A stretch of DNA of 64,000 bases from the human T2T-CHM13v2.0 reference genome, Homo sapiens, in the NCBI RefSeq assembly GCF_009914755.1, contig NC_060926.1; one strand, given 5' to 3'. The notes beneath the pieces are model-generated. The model was not told the DNA's origin and made no database searches. It saw only the letters and a program-made list of their open reading frames with translations. Position numbers and translations under genes: made by a program. Below, one piece after another: positions 12,911-30,658 of this stretch (position 1 is its first letter; each line of letters opens with the position of its first letter).

Positions 12911-13119
12911 TCATTGCAGTTTTCAGAGAATATTATCTGGATTATATGATCCTGGCTGACAATATTTGGAGGACAAAATAGAAAACATATTCTAGAGGGT
13001 CTCAGTACCAGTATATGAGCAGTGTTTCCCTTAATCATTTTATTTTCAAAATGGTAGCACCATGCTTAATTGTGCCCATTGTAGAGATTTTCTGCTTTAC
13101 TTTTCCCAAATAATGAAGT

Positions 13120-13481
13120 TCCATCCAAACAGTTAAAGGCCCAAGTAGAACAAAAAGGCTGACATTCCCATGAGCAAGAGGAAACTCCTTCTGCCTGATT
13201 GCCTTACACTGAGACATTGGTTTTTTCCTGCCATTATACTCAAACCAAAACATTGGTCCTTCTTGGGTATAAAGCCAGCAGGCCCTTTGGACTGGAACCA
13301 CACCATTGACTGTCTTGGGTCTCCAGCTTGCAGACTGCAGAACTTGGGACTTGTCAAGCTTCATAATCATGTGAGCCAATTCCTAAATAAATTAATATGC
13401 ACGTGAGTACATGCACACACACACGCGCGTGCGCACACACACACACACTGTTGATTCTGTATCTCTGGAGAACCCTAATAT
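13120..13481 (+). mobile_element. ERVL MLT2 LTR (3' part) with internal (CA)n/(CG)n tract
   Basis: 'ctccagcttgcagactgcag…cataatcatgtgagccaattcc…tctctggagaaccctaatata'. Confidence 0.85.
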
Positions 13482-14514
13482 AGACGGGTTAATTACTGAC
13501 AGATGCACTTTCAATTAGTTCTCTAGTTTTGAACACTACTTTTAATTCCTTTTTCAGTTTTACTTGATGCTCAAATTCCTAGTCTTTTGAGGCTATAGAG
13601 TCCAAATCAAGTTCCAATTTACCCATTGCTGATTTGGAATTCAGTACTTTCAAGTCGGCTGTCAGTTATCAGATAAGTTTTCTAGCTTCTTAAATGTTAT
13701 TACTATTAGGTCCTTATATTATTATTGTTGTTGTTTGTACACCTTTATAAACAAATGTCTTCACTCTCATTTTAATCCTTTTAATATCATTTTAGTGGTA
13801 TTCCTGGAAAGAGTTTTATATACTCTTCCATATTTAACCAAAATTACCTATCAATTAAATTTTAACACAATTTGTGGTATCTTCTGTCATATAAAAGTGT
13901 TTAGTTTTTATGATACTAAGTTTCTTTCTTGCTTAAAAAAATCCCGGGTTTACTGTATAAAGATATGTTTCTAATATTTTAATTGTTTGAAAATACATAA
14001 ACATGTTTTACTTAGTTTTGTATATGTTGACACAAGTTCTATTAAATTTCAAATGAATATTCCTATACCAACTAGTTTCTGGATTCCATTTTCTAGATAT
14101 GTTAAAAAAATATTCGCAAGAGTTTTATTTCTATTTTTGCTGTACCCAGTTACATTTAATATCATGTGAATTGAGATTTTTTTCATCACTATTATTAATG
14201 GGGTGTTTTCTTCCATCTGTGTATCTAATTGGTTAGTGCAAATGTCTGAAGAAACAAATGGGTGTTATATTGGTATTACAGGAATATCTTGCATCCAACT
14301 GTTTTCTTAATTTTATTATTAATTCTACTAGTAGTTTTTAAAAAATTGGTTCATAGTCTTAGGATTTCCTGACATACACCCATATAATATACAATAATGA
14401 CTTTTACCTATCCTTTCTTGATATTCACATTATCTTTCCTAGACATACATACTTTATTAGGAAGAACTTTCTAAATAGTGCTAAAAATCAAAAATCATTT
14501 TTATCTTTTCCTGG

Positions 14515-14919
14515 TATATTAGATTGTTCTCATGTTGCTGTAAAGAAATACCTGAGATTGGGTAATTTATAAGAAAGAGGTTTAATTGGCTTACAGTCCT
14601 GCAAGCTGTACAGGAAGCATGGTTTCTGGGAAGGCCTCAGGAAGCTTTTACTTCGGTGAAGTGAGAGCAGGCAGGTCACATAGCTAGAACAGGAGCAAGA
14701 GAGAAGGGGAATATTGGGGGAGGTGCCACACACTTTTAAATGTCCAGATCTCATGTGAACTCAGAGCTAGAGGTCCCTTATCACCAAGGGGATGGCCCAA
14801 AATATTCATAAGGAATCCACCCTCATGATCCAAATATCTCCCACTAGGCCCCACCTTCAACATTGGGGATTACAATTCAACATGAGATTTGGGTGGGGAT
14901 AAATATCCAAACTCTATCA
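14515..14919 (-). mobile_element. MaLR MSTA/MSTB solo LTR
   Basis: MST-type ends ('tatattagattg…atccaaactctatca'); TSD CCTGG/ACTGG. Confidence 0.88.
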
Positions 14920-15200
14920 ACTGGCTTTAATCAGGTGATATAATATGTCTGAGCTTTTGTTAAACAAATGCTCATTGTGTATTATCTTTAATATTTTCTG
15001 TGAATTTCTTTTTAAATGTATGTATATATACAATATATTAAAGTATGTATGTGTTCAAAAATGATTACTCAGTTCTACTAAATGCTTTTTATTATTGCTG
15101 ATATTATTTTTAGAATTTGTCATTTATAAGTATGATAAAGCAGAGCTTCTAGTTTTGAAATACACATTAATTCTTAAATTAAACTTTAATTTAAATTATA

Positions 15201-16030
<830 letters not shown>

Positions 16031-16450
16031 TTAATTAAATTCTATTTAGTTTATCATTTTCTTAACTGGTTCAGGACGTTCTGGTTCAAGATGTTTCTCT
16101 CTCATCTCTGTCTCTCTTATTCTTCCCATCAACATATTTGGCATTACTGGTATGCTAATTTTAAAATAATTTGTTAAGTTTCAACATTTTATATTCTTTA
16201 AACTAGTTTTGTTAAATGTAGGAAATAGTTATTTGACTTTTTTATTATTATATTTTAAGTTCTAGGGTGCATGTGCACAACGTGGAGGTTTGTTACATAT
16301 GTATCCATGTGCCGTGTTGGTGTGCTGCACCCATTAACTCCTCATTTACATTAGGTATATCTCCTAATACTATCTCTCCTCCCTCCCCCCACCCCAAGAC
16401 AGGCCCTGGTATGTGATGTTCTCCTTCCTGTGTCCGAGTGTTCTCATTGT

Positions 16451-20270
<3,820 letters not shown>

Positions 20271-20333
20271 TATGATGCTAGCTGGTTATTTTGCCCATTA
20301 GTTGATGCAATTTCTTCCTAGCATCGATGGTCT

Positions 20334-21350
20334 TTACAATTTGGCATGTTTGTGCAGTGGGTGGTACCGGTTGTTCCTTTCCATGTTTAGTGCTTCCTTC
20401 AGGAGCTCTTATAGGGCAGGCTTGGTGGTGACATAATCTCTCAGCATTTGCTTGTCTGTAAAGGATTTTATTTTTCCTTCACTTCTGAAGCTTAGTTTGG
20501 CTGGATATGAAATTCTGGGTTGAAAATTCTTTTCTTTAAGAATGTTGAATATTGGCCCCCACTCTCTTCTGGCTTGTAGAGTTTCTGCAGAGAGATCAGC
20601 TGTTAGTCTGATGGGCTTCCCTTTGTGGGTAACCCAACCTTTCTCTCTGGCTGCCCTTAGCATTTTTACCTTCATTTCAACTTTCGTGAATCTGACAATT
20701 GTGTGTCTTGGAGTTGCTCTCCTTGAGGAATATCTTTGTGGCGTTCTCTGTATTTCCTGAATTTGAATGTTGGCCTGCCTTGCTAGGTTGGGTAAGTTCT
20801 CCTGGAAAATATCCTGCAGAGTGTTTTCCAACTTGGTTCCATTCTCCCTGTCACTTTCAGGTACACCAATCAGACATAGATTTGGTCTTTTCACATAGTC
20901 CCATATTTCTTGGAGGTTTTGTTCATTTCTTTTTACTCTTCTTTCTCTAAACTTCTCTTCTCACTTCATTTCATTCATTTGATCTTCAATCACTGATACC
21001 CTTTCTTCCAGTTGATCGAATCGGCTACTGAAGCTTGTGCATTTGTCACGTAGTTCTCGTGCCATGGTTTTCACCTCCATCAGGTCCTTTAAGGACTTCT
21101 CTACACTGGTTATTCTAGTTAGCCATTCGTCTAATCTTTTTTCAAGGTTTTTAGCTTCTTTGTGATGGGTTCAAACTTCCTCCTTTAGCTCGGAGAAGTT
21201 TCGTTGTCTGAAGCCTTCTTCTGTCAACTCGTCAAAGTTATTATCCATCTAGCTTTGTTCCGTTGCTGGCGAGGGCCTGTGTTCCTTTGGAGGGGGAGAG
21301 GCACTCTGATTTTTAGAATTTTCAGCTTTTCTGCTCTGTTTTTTCCCCAT
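20334..21350 (-). pseudogene. Disrupted L1 ORF1
   Basis: MGKKQSRKAENSKNQSAS… and KRPNLCLIGVPESD…FQPRISYPAKLSF with premature stops. Confidence 0.92.
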
Positions 21351-21923
21351 CTTTGTGGTTTTATCTACCTTTGGTCTTTGATGATAGTGACGTACAGATG
21401 GGGTTTTGGTGTGGATGTCCTTTCTGTTTGTTAGTTTTCCTTCTAACATTCAGGATCCTCAACTGCAGGTCTGTTGGAGTTTGCTGGAGGTCCACTCCAA
21501 ACCCTGTTTGCCTGGGTATCAGCAGCGGAGGCTGCAGAACAGCGAATATTGCTGAACAGCAAATGTTGCTGTCTGATTGTTCTTCTGGAACCTTTGTCTC
21601 AGAGGGGTACCTGGCCGTGTGAGGTGTCAATCTGCCCCTACTGGGCAGTTCCTCCCAGTTAGGCTACTCAGGGATCATGGACCCACTTTAGGAGGCAGTC
21701 TGTCCATTCTCCGATCTCAAACTCCATGCTGGGAGAACCACTACTCTCTTCAGAGCTGTCAGACAGGGACATTTAAGTCTGCAGAGGTTTCTGCTGCCTT
21801 TTGTTGGGCTGTGCCCTGCCCCCAGAGGTGGAGTCTACAAAGGCAGCAGGCCTCTTTGAGCTGTGGTGGGCTCCACCCAGTTTGAGCTTCCCAGTGCTTT
21901 GTTTACATACTCAAGCCTCAGCA

Positions 21924-21998
21924 ATGGCAGGTGCCCCTCCCCCAGCCTGGCTGCCCCCTTGCAGTTTGATCTCAGACTGCTGTGCTAGCAATGAGTGA
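21924..21998 (+). pseudogene. L1 ORF0 truncated to 24 aa (MAGAPPPAWLPPCSLISDCCASNE*)
   Basis: Matches the N-terminus of primate L1 antisense ORF0; gcaATGg Kozak context; TGA consistent with CpG decay of CGA. Confidence 0.85.
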
Positions 21999-22521
21999 GG
22001 CTCCAAGGGCATGGGACCCTCCGAGCCAGGCACGGGATATAATCTCCTGGTCTGCCGTTTGCTAAGACCATTGGAAAAGTGCAATATTAGGGTGAGAGTG
22101 ACCCGATTTTCCAGGTGCTGTCTGTCACAGATTCCCTTGGCTAGGAAAGGGAATTCCCTGACCCCTTATGCTTCCCAGGTGAGGTGATGCCTTACCCTGC
22201 TTTGGCTCATGGTCAGTGGGCTGCACCCACCGTCCTGCACCCATTGTCCAACAAGCCCCAGTGAGATGAACCCGGTACCTCAGTTGGAAATGCAGAAATC
22301 ACCTGTCTTCTGCATCACTCATGCTGGGCTATTTGATGTTTTAAAATACCTCTGGAGCTGGAATATTTTTCAGTGTTTTTTTTTTTTTTCAATTTCTCCA
22401 TTTTATCTTGTGGTTATAGTCTTTTGAATGCTTCTGATTCCATTTTAGCATTTATATTTCACACAACTATAGCATATTTTTATTAGATTTAAAAAGATCC
22501 ATTGAAATCCAGCACACATAG

Positions 22522-22974
<453 letters not shown>

Positions 22975-25900
22975 ACATGTTGTCCTTTTAAAATCAAATA
23001 ACATAAGTGTATGCTTTTGATATTTGGCGGATACTTTCCTGCCATTTGATTTTCTTTTCACTTTTTTGGCTATTTACATTTCTTATTATTCTTAATTGAA
23101 CTTTGACATTTTTGTCATTTGTAAAATAAAAAAATACTTATTTAAGTTTTTATTTAATCCATATTCTACTTAGAAAAAATTTTACCTAATTCTATTAATG
23201 TAATGTATTTTCTCTTTTATAATCATGAAACATTTAAGCATGCAGAAACTACCCAGAATCATATAAATAAAACTTTAGTGTCCAACCTCCATTTTTATAA
23301 AATCTTAAGCAATTTATATCTACATTTTTAAAATTCAACCCTTTCCTTACATATAGTTGTGAAATTTTGTGATTTTCTTCAAGTAGATATTTTACATTGT
23401 TTATATTTAGGCATTGCTATTTTAAATTACACTGTTTAAAATATTATTGCCAGCATAGAGGCGGTATAGTGTTGGGTTTTCTTTTTGGTTTTTGTTTTTC
23501 ATGTTTCTATTCACTTCACTAGACTTTTACATTTGCTCTTGCATATTTGGGGTCTGGTTTCTTAGTATTTTAAGGCATATAAATGTATTATCTCAAATAA
23601 TAGATAAGCCTTTTTTCTAATGTGTACATGCAAGCGTGTAGAATACTTTTTCCTATCAGAACTTATTTAGTTGGGAAGAGCTAACAACCACCATTGCAAT
23701 TATATACTGGTTATTGGACATCCTTGCATTCCTGATTCACGCAGCAATGCCAAGTGCTTCACAATTATTATGACTGTTAGATTGAGATCATTTATGATTT
23801 TCGTCTTAAGGAACAAAAGACTAAGACTAAGACCATAACTAAGATGAAGACCACATAAGCTGCCAGTTGTGTTTAAAAATCATAGAAAATTTGAGTGAAA
23901 TTATTGACTTTTAAGTTCATTTTTTTTTCTTTCATGGCCCTCCTGATTTTTCTCTTTTGCTATCAGTACCTGTGCTTCACTTTTCATATGTAAGCCATGC
24001 TTTCTCCCTTCCTTTTACTCCAGAACAGAACTCACAATATTCTTTTGTGCAAGTCCTGGGAAGAGCTAGATCACTGGCTGTACTATTTACCATGGCTAAT
24101 ACTTGTCCAAGCATTTTAATACAAGCATTTAGTACAAGACACAGCAATGTGGGACACACTTAGGCCTGATCACCTCATGAAGAACAAGGCTGATGGTCTG
24201 ATTGATGGTCATTTTATGAGCTAGAACCATGGGCAGGGTGACATCATCTGGAATGGAAATTTGTGCAGGACAGGCATCATGGCTGACTTGGCTAGTATAG
24301 CTGACTATAATAATAATATGTTTATTTCTAAACATGTACAAGATTGTATCAGGCTTGGATTTTAGACTTTCTTGATTGAATACCCTGCATGTGTCGCAAT
24401 GAGTATTTGTGTATGTGTGTGTTTGTGTATAAGTGGATGAATTATTATGGTATTTTGAAAGTCTTTTATATTAGACATCTTTATTTTTCCAAGAAAAACA
24501 ACTCAATCACTCCTACTGTATAGTATTTTTCAAAGTAGCACAGGTTTTTTAGTGCTTCTGCATCATATTTCTATAATTGACAATGATTTATAATTTCCTT
24601 TTTATACGTTAATTTTGTAAATTTGGAATTAGGGCATCTAATTGCTGTAAAATACATTTTGCATTTTTCCCTCTGCTTTGAAATAGTTTTTTTTTTTTTT
24701 TTTTTTTAGCTAAGGAGGTACATAATACCTGATGGTATAAAGTAGTTTATCTGTGGAACTGTCTGGATACAGAACATTTTGATTGGTGAACTTTGATCAA
24801 ACTATTCCTTAGTTTCCTCCAGGCTGATTAGTCTATTCACATTTTCAGTAATTTCTTGAGCTAATTGTGAGAAATTTTATTTTTTATTTTTTCTGATACA
24901 CTTTAAAAATTCCCTTGTGGAAGAGTCTTTCTAATTTTATTTCACTCTGTTTATTACTTTTTCTCTTCATTTTTCTTGGTTAGATTTGTTAAAAGTTTAC
25001 CCCTTTGGTAATCTATTTTCAAAATTTTATTTGATGATCATATCTGATCTTTTTATTTTCTAATTTATCATTTTTAGTTGTTGTACTTATTTAATCTATT
25101 TGGGGAGGCATTTAAGGTATACATTTTTTCCAACTAGAATAAAATGCTTATTAATATATTTACTATCTTTTGTAGTAATGAAACATTTAAAGATATTATT
25201 TTCTCTTTAGTAGAATTTGGGCAGAGTGGAATGGTAAGGTTTTGACTCTGACCTTAAATTTCACATGTAGTATTCTCATTTTCATTATGTCTACAAAGCC
25301 CATAATGATATAAATGTCCTTATTTCCTGAATATTTTACAAAGTTCAGTATATTTCAGTTTTTAAATTTCAAAAGTTTTTCATATTATTTAAGCTTTTTT
25401 ACTTATTAATTTCTGTTTGCTTCAAAAATGTATTTAAATTTTAACAAAATCAGTGATTGCCTTTCTTAGAATACACATATATATTGAAAAAATTGGTTCC
25501 ATGTATTATGTTTTTCAATATTCTTGCGTCCTATTTGTCATAAACCAATCGAAAAGTTGTAGAACGACAGCAGTCTATTAGAGGATGCTATTACAATTAT
25601 ATTTCTGTCAAATTCTTTTTGCTTTTATTATAGTGTTTTATTCTTATAGTTTGATGCCACGTTATTTAGCTTAATAAGGTTCACAAATGTTTGTTTGTAT
25701 AATGTTCGGCTGATCTTTGTTTCATACGAACATTTTGCCTGGGATTTTATTCTGTCTAACAGTTATGCTGTTTTTCTTTCTTTTTCTTTGTGTTTTTAAA
25801 ATATCTTTATTAGCTCTTTTTTTTATTTTTCTATGCTTCTTTCTTTTAAAGAAGACTTCCATTAGAAGTATAGATTAATATTTTTGGCTTTTCATAGGAG

Positions 25901-26619
25901 TATTTAAAATCTATTTTGTATAATTGGCATCTGTTGTATTATGCTATAAAAAGAAAGGATCTTTGGTATTTCTTTTATTTTCAGTAGTTTCATGGACTAT
26001 GCCTTGTATTTTTCTGTGCACTTGAGTAATTTAATATTACTACTGATTATGTTTTATTTTTATTAAAAAACTTAAATACATATTTCTCTGCATTACAAAT
26101 GTATAAACAAAAAATTCAATAGTAAACCTTGCATATCAAAAAATATGTAGCTTGTTATATTTCTCCCTCAAATTTTTTGTATTTTGTCAATATAACCTAA
26201 AATTATAGATCTAGATGATTATTTTCATCAGTTTCTGTATTTTACATAATCATATATTATTTGTAAATATCCACATAGAAAAGCTAATCTTTTTCTATTG
26301 AACATTTTTGCTTTTATGAATGTGGTACCCTTTAATTTCTGTATTTTAGCTATGGAATACTACTCCAAGCAAGTTGGAATGATACCTTGAATTTCTGTAT
26401 ACTTCATTATGACAAAACTTCAAGTTCAAGTGCTTTAGTGCATTCTGAGACTATAACTTTTATTCCTAAATCACTTCTCATTTTCAGTGATTACGGGATG
26501 CATCTTCACCCAAGCTGCATTTTTCTGTTATCCTCTGTATGGTTTAGGGTTTTACATGTTTATTTTCTGTTTCAATTCTAGGAAATTTTTAATAGTCTTT
26601 TGATGTATATACTTTATAT

Positions 26620-28990
26620 GTGAAAATGCATAGATCTCAAGGGTATGGGTTGATAAATTTTTTTACTTCTTCTATCTCTGAATAACCACTAAACACAAAA
26701 ATATAAGCCAAATCTAGTACACTACAGGATCTTTGATGCTGCTTTTCAGTGTATATGTACAATTTTCTACTCAAATTTAGGCACTTCTTTTACATCTATT
26801 AGTTTTGCCTGCCTTGGGCTTCATGTAGTGAAATAATACCCTAGACTTTTGTGTATGATCTCATTAGCTCAACATTATGTCTTGAATTTCATATAAATGG
26901 AACCACACAGTTCTTTTGGGCTGTGTGAGCTAGTTTCATTTGCTCAACATAATGCCTTTGAGATGTCTGCATGTTGTTGAGCAGATCAGTAGTTTGTTCT
27001 TTTTTGTTGTTAAATAGTATTTCACTGTAGGATTATAGCATCATTTATTTATGTACTCTCTTGTTAGCAGACATTTGGTTCATTTCTAGTTTAGAGCCTT
27101 TATGAATAAAGCTACTGCAACCGTTCTGTAAAAGGTATTTTGTGAATATCTGCACCCATTTCTCTTAAGCACATATTTAGGAGTAGAATAGCTAAGTTAT
27201 AAAATAGGTGTATATTAATTATTAGAAATTTTCAAGCAGTTTTCCAAGTTATAGTGCCATTTTACACTATTTACAACAACGTAGGAAACTTTCAATTTTA
27301 ATACAACCTCATCAACATTTGATATTTTCCATGTTTTTTTCTTGTTTAATTTTAGCTATTCTGCTGGATATACAGTAATATCTTTTAGTGATTTTAATTT
27401 GTATTTCCCTAATAACTAATAGTGTTGAGCAACTTTTTATCAGTTTATGGGTCATTAAGATATCTTATTTGTAAAATGATTGTTGAAGTCACATGCCTAT
27501 TTTTTAATGAATTTAACTATTTTTATTATTGATTTAAATAAGTTATTTGTATATTCTGGATGTAAGTCGTCTGTCAGATGTAAGCATTGTGAATATTTTC
27601 CACAATTTTATATTGCGTTTTACCTTTTTATCACAATGTTTTTTTGTGTTTTAGAAGTGGATTTTACTTCTGTTGATGCCAAATTTATCGTTTTATTTTA
27701 TGGTTAATATCTATTTTGTCCTAAGAAATCTTTTTCTTACTCAAGGCCACAGAAGCATTTTTTTCATCTTTTCTTCTAAAAGTTCTATGAGTTGAGTGTT
27801 CACATTTAGATATATGGTTCATCTCAAATACATTATGTATGTGTGGAATGGTTTAGGAATATTTTAGGTTGAGTCCTTTCGAAGGTGGATCCTGAGCTTC
27901 AGTACAAGTGATTTATTAAGGAAGTGTTAAATGTTCCAAAAAGAAACCAATAAGGTATAGAGGGGAAGCAGAACTGAAAAGGGAAAGAAGCCAGGCAAGG
28001 GTGCTATTTCAAATGAAGTCCCAGACTCAGTCTGATTTTGAAAGACTCTCTGGAGTAGAATTGCACTACAGAGATGACCATTTTTGAGGCAAAGGATCTA
28101 GGCTTATATCTCCTGCCACTAGTTACTTACCAGCTACAGGCTGTCTGTTTGGGGTTGGGGATTAAATCTTCCAGGCACTTTTGATTCTCCTTAGAGTTTT
28201 AGAAAGGTAAGATAATCCATGGACAATTATTTGAGAGTCTCGGGTGCAAGTCATTAGCTGCAAGTCATGGCAAAGCAGAGAAATTGGTACACAGAACTGG
28301 TAAAAATATCTGAAGGAATCTGAATGTGGCACCAATGTTATCTGCTATAAGATTAATGGCCCCCACTTCTATACAGTTTCAAATTGCATTGTTGCCTTTG
28401 TAGAACATCAAGTAAACAGCTATGTGTTTGTCTCTTTCTAGACTGTCAGTTTTATTCCATTGATTGGTTTGTCTATCCATGCAGCAGTATTGTATTGTCT
28501 TAATTAGTGTTGACTTAGACTGAGTCTAAAAATTTGATAATGTATTTTTTCATTATTCTTAATTCTTCAAAATTTTCATAGCTATTCTATGTCTTAGCAT
28601 TTCCATGTAAATTTTAGGATTGCATTGTCGATTTCTTACAATAATCCTGCTGTGTTTTTACTTGATAATAAATGGAATTTATAGATCAGTTTGGAAAAGA
28701 AGCCTGATATCATAAAAATAGTCTCCCAATTCATGAATATGGCATATCTCTCCATTGTTAAGATCTTTCTTAATTTATTTCAACAATGTTTGATAGTGTT
28801 CAGTGTAGATGTTCTGCATATCTTAGTTTATTACTATAATTTTATGTTTTTAATGTTACCATAAATGAAATTGTTTTGCTATCTTTACTTTCCCATTTTT
28901 GGTTGCAACTGTACAGATATGCAATTAATTATTAAATATTAACCTTATATGGCACTACTATGCTAAATTCACTGCTACTAAAAGTACTCT
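26620..28990 (-). mobile_element. Old L1M 3' region, interrupted by an LTR
   Basis: 'acatttggttcatttctagttt…atgaataaagctactgcaa', 'gcatttccatgtaaattttaggat', 'ccaattcatgaatatggcatatctctccatt'. Confidence 0.7.
27862..28350 (-). mobile_element. ERVL-class LTR (LTR33-like)
   Basis: 'ttaggttgagtcc…cctgag…caagtgatttattaaggaagtg'; subfamily uncertain. Confidence 0.5.
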
Positions 28991-30535
28991 TTTTCTGTGG
29001 CAAACACAACTTTCCAGTTTTTATGCAATGGACACCTTTCCGTATGATATTTTATCACTCTAGCATATGTTATGGCCTCAAAATTTCCAATTCTCCCCTT
29101 TGTTGCATTTGTTGTATTCCTCTATCTATTCCAAAGTGACAGTATTTAATTACAAGAAGATATGAAAATGCTATACCTGCTCCTTTTATTTTTCAGTCTG
29201 TCAAAGTTTCTTCTTTATATACCACATCTTCTCATTGGCAGTAATATGGGTAACTTGTTGTGGTGGGTTTCATAAGCCTTGACATGCTTTCTATCATATT
29301 TATAGCACGTGGCTAATTAGGCAGCCCTAAAGCCAGACATGTTCAAACAACCCAGGGATAAATACTTTCAAAGGGGTGAGGTAACACATAAAATGCTTTC
29401 TGGTTTCTAACACTTTATTTGTCTTTTGTGCACAATTCTTGAATTCAAATATGAATCCAAGAAAGTTTAATTTGAGATTTACTATGTTGGCTTGGTATTG
29501 GAAATACTAAAATTTCAGTTTTAAACAGAAAATGGACTATCTTTTATAGACTTAATCCCTTTTTGTTGGATGTACATTGGGAGAAATTTCATTTTAAAAA
29601 TATACTTGTATAGATATATGTACACATTCCACATGAATCAATAAATGTATATACACATATATGTTTATATCAATCATGAATGATTTATTAATCACACAAA
29701 ACTTTAAAAAATAATATTATTACAAACTTCAAGTGAAGGTTATAACTATATACCTATTTAATATTGTAATTCAAATCGTTAAATAGTATATTTTTGGGAG
29801 CTCATAAATTGCTCAATACTTTTGAAGATATATATTACATAGTTCTAATCTTTAAAAGACTCAGAATCTTAGTGAAGAAAAAACCCCAAAATACAAGTAG
29901 CAAAAACAGAGAGCTATACAAAATAGTCAAATATATTTCAGCCTTTATATCTTATTGTAGGGTCAAAAAAATGAGATTATTGTAAGCCAGAAAGGTTAAG
30001 AAGGACAGCTGGTAAAAGTCATACATCTTGCAAGCACAGAAGGCAACATGGAAACTCACCAAACAGGTAAAAAGCATGAACACATGCTGGATAATACAAC
30101 ATCTTCCAGGGACAGAGCCCAGACTGCCTTACCTGGAAGATAATGTAGCTATTAACTAACTGTAAGAATTCAGTTAAATGGAGGCAGATAACACAGGACT
30201 TGAATGTCAGATTAAGGAATTATTTTTGTGTTGCCAGTATATGGAATTAGTATATGTTTTGAAATCTGCACACTTTCTAGAAACATTAAAAATGTTTAAT
30301 TATTCTTTATTTGGCTGTGTTCAAACATCATCTTCTAATTGCCCAAAACTCCTGAAACCAAAATCTTATCATCATGGTTAAGCATACTCTGATCAAATAT
30401 CAAACAATTATAGCTGTGTCTCAACCCATATTTATCTCCATTGAGATAAAATGAATTGACTTCAATCAAATTAATCAAAGCACATGCAAATTGAGTTAAT
30501 GTGAGAGTTGTGCTGTGAGTGCCTAATATAAATGG

Positions 30536-30658
30536 CTTCTTTTATTCTTTTTTTGTTTTCTTTCTTCTCTCCCTCTCTTTCACCCTCTTTTTTTCTCCTC
30601 TTCCTCCTCCCCCCTCCTCTTCCTCTTCTTTCTCTTGCACCTCCTCCTTTCTTCTTCA
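30536..30658. repeat. ~120 bp near-pure polypyrimidine (CT-rich) tract
   Basis: Only a few purines between 30536 and 30658. Confidence 0.85.
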
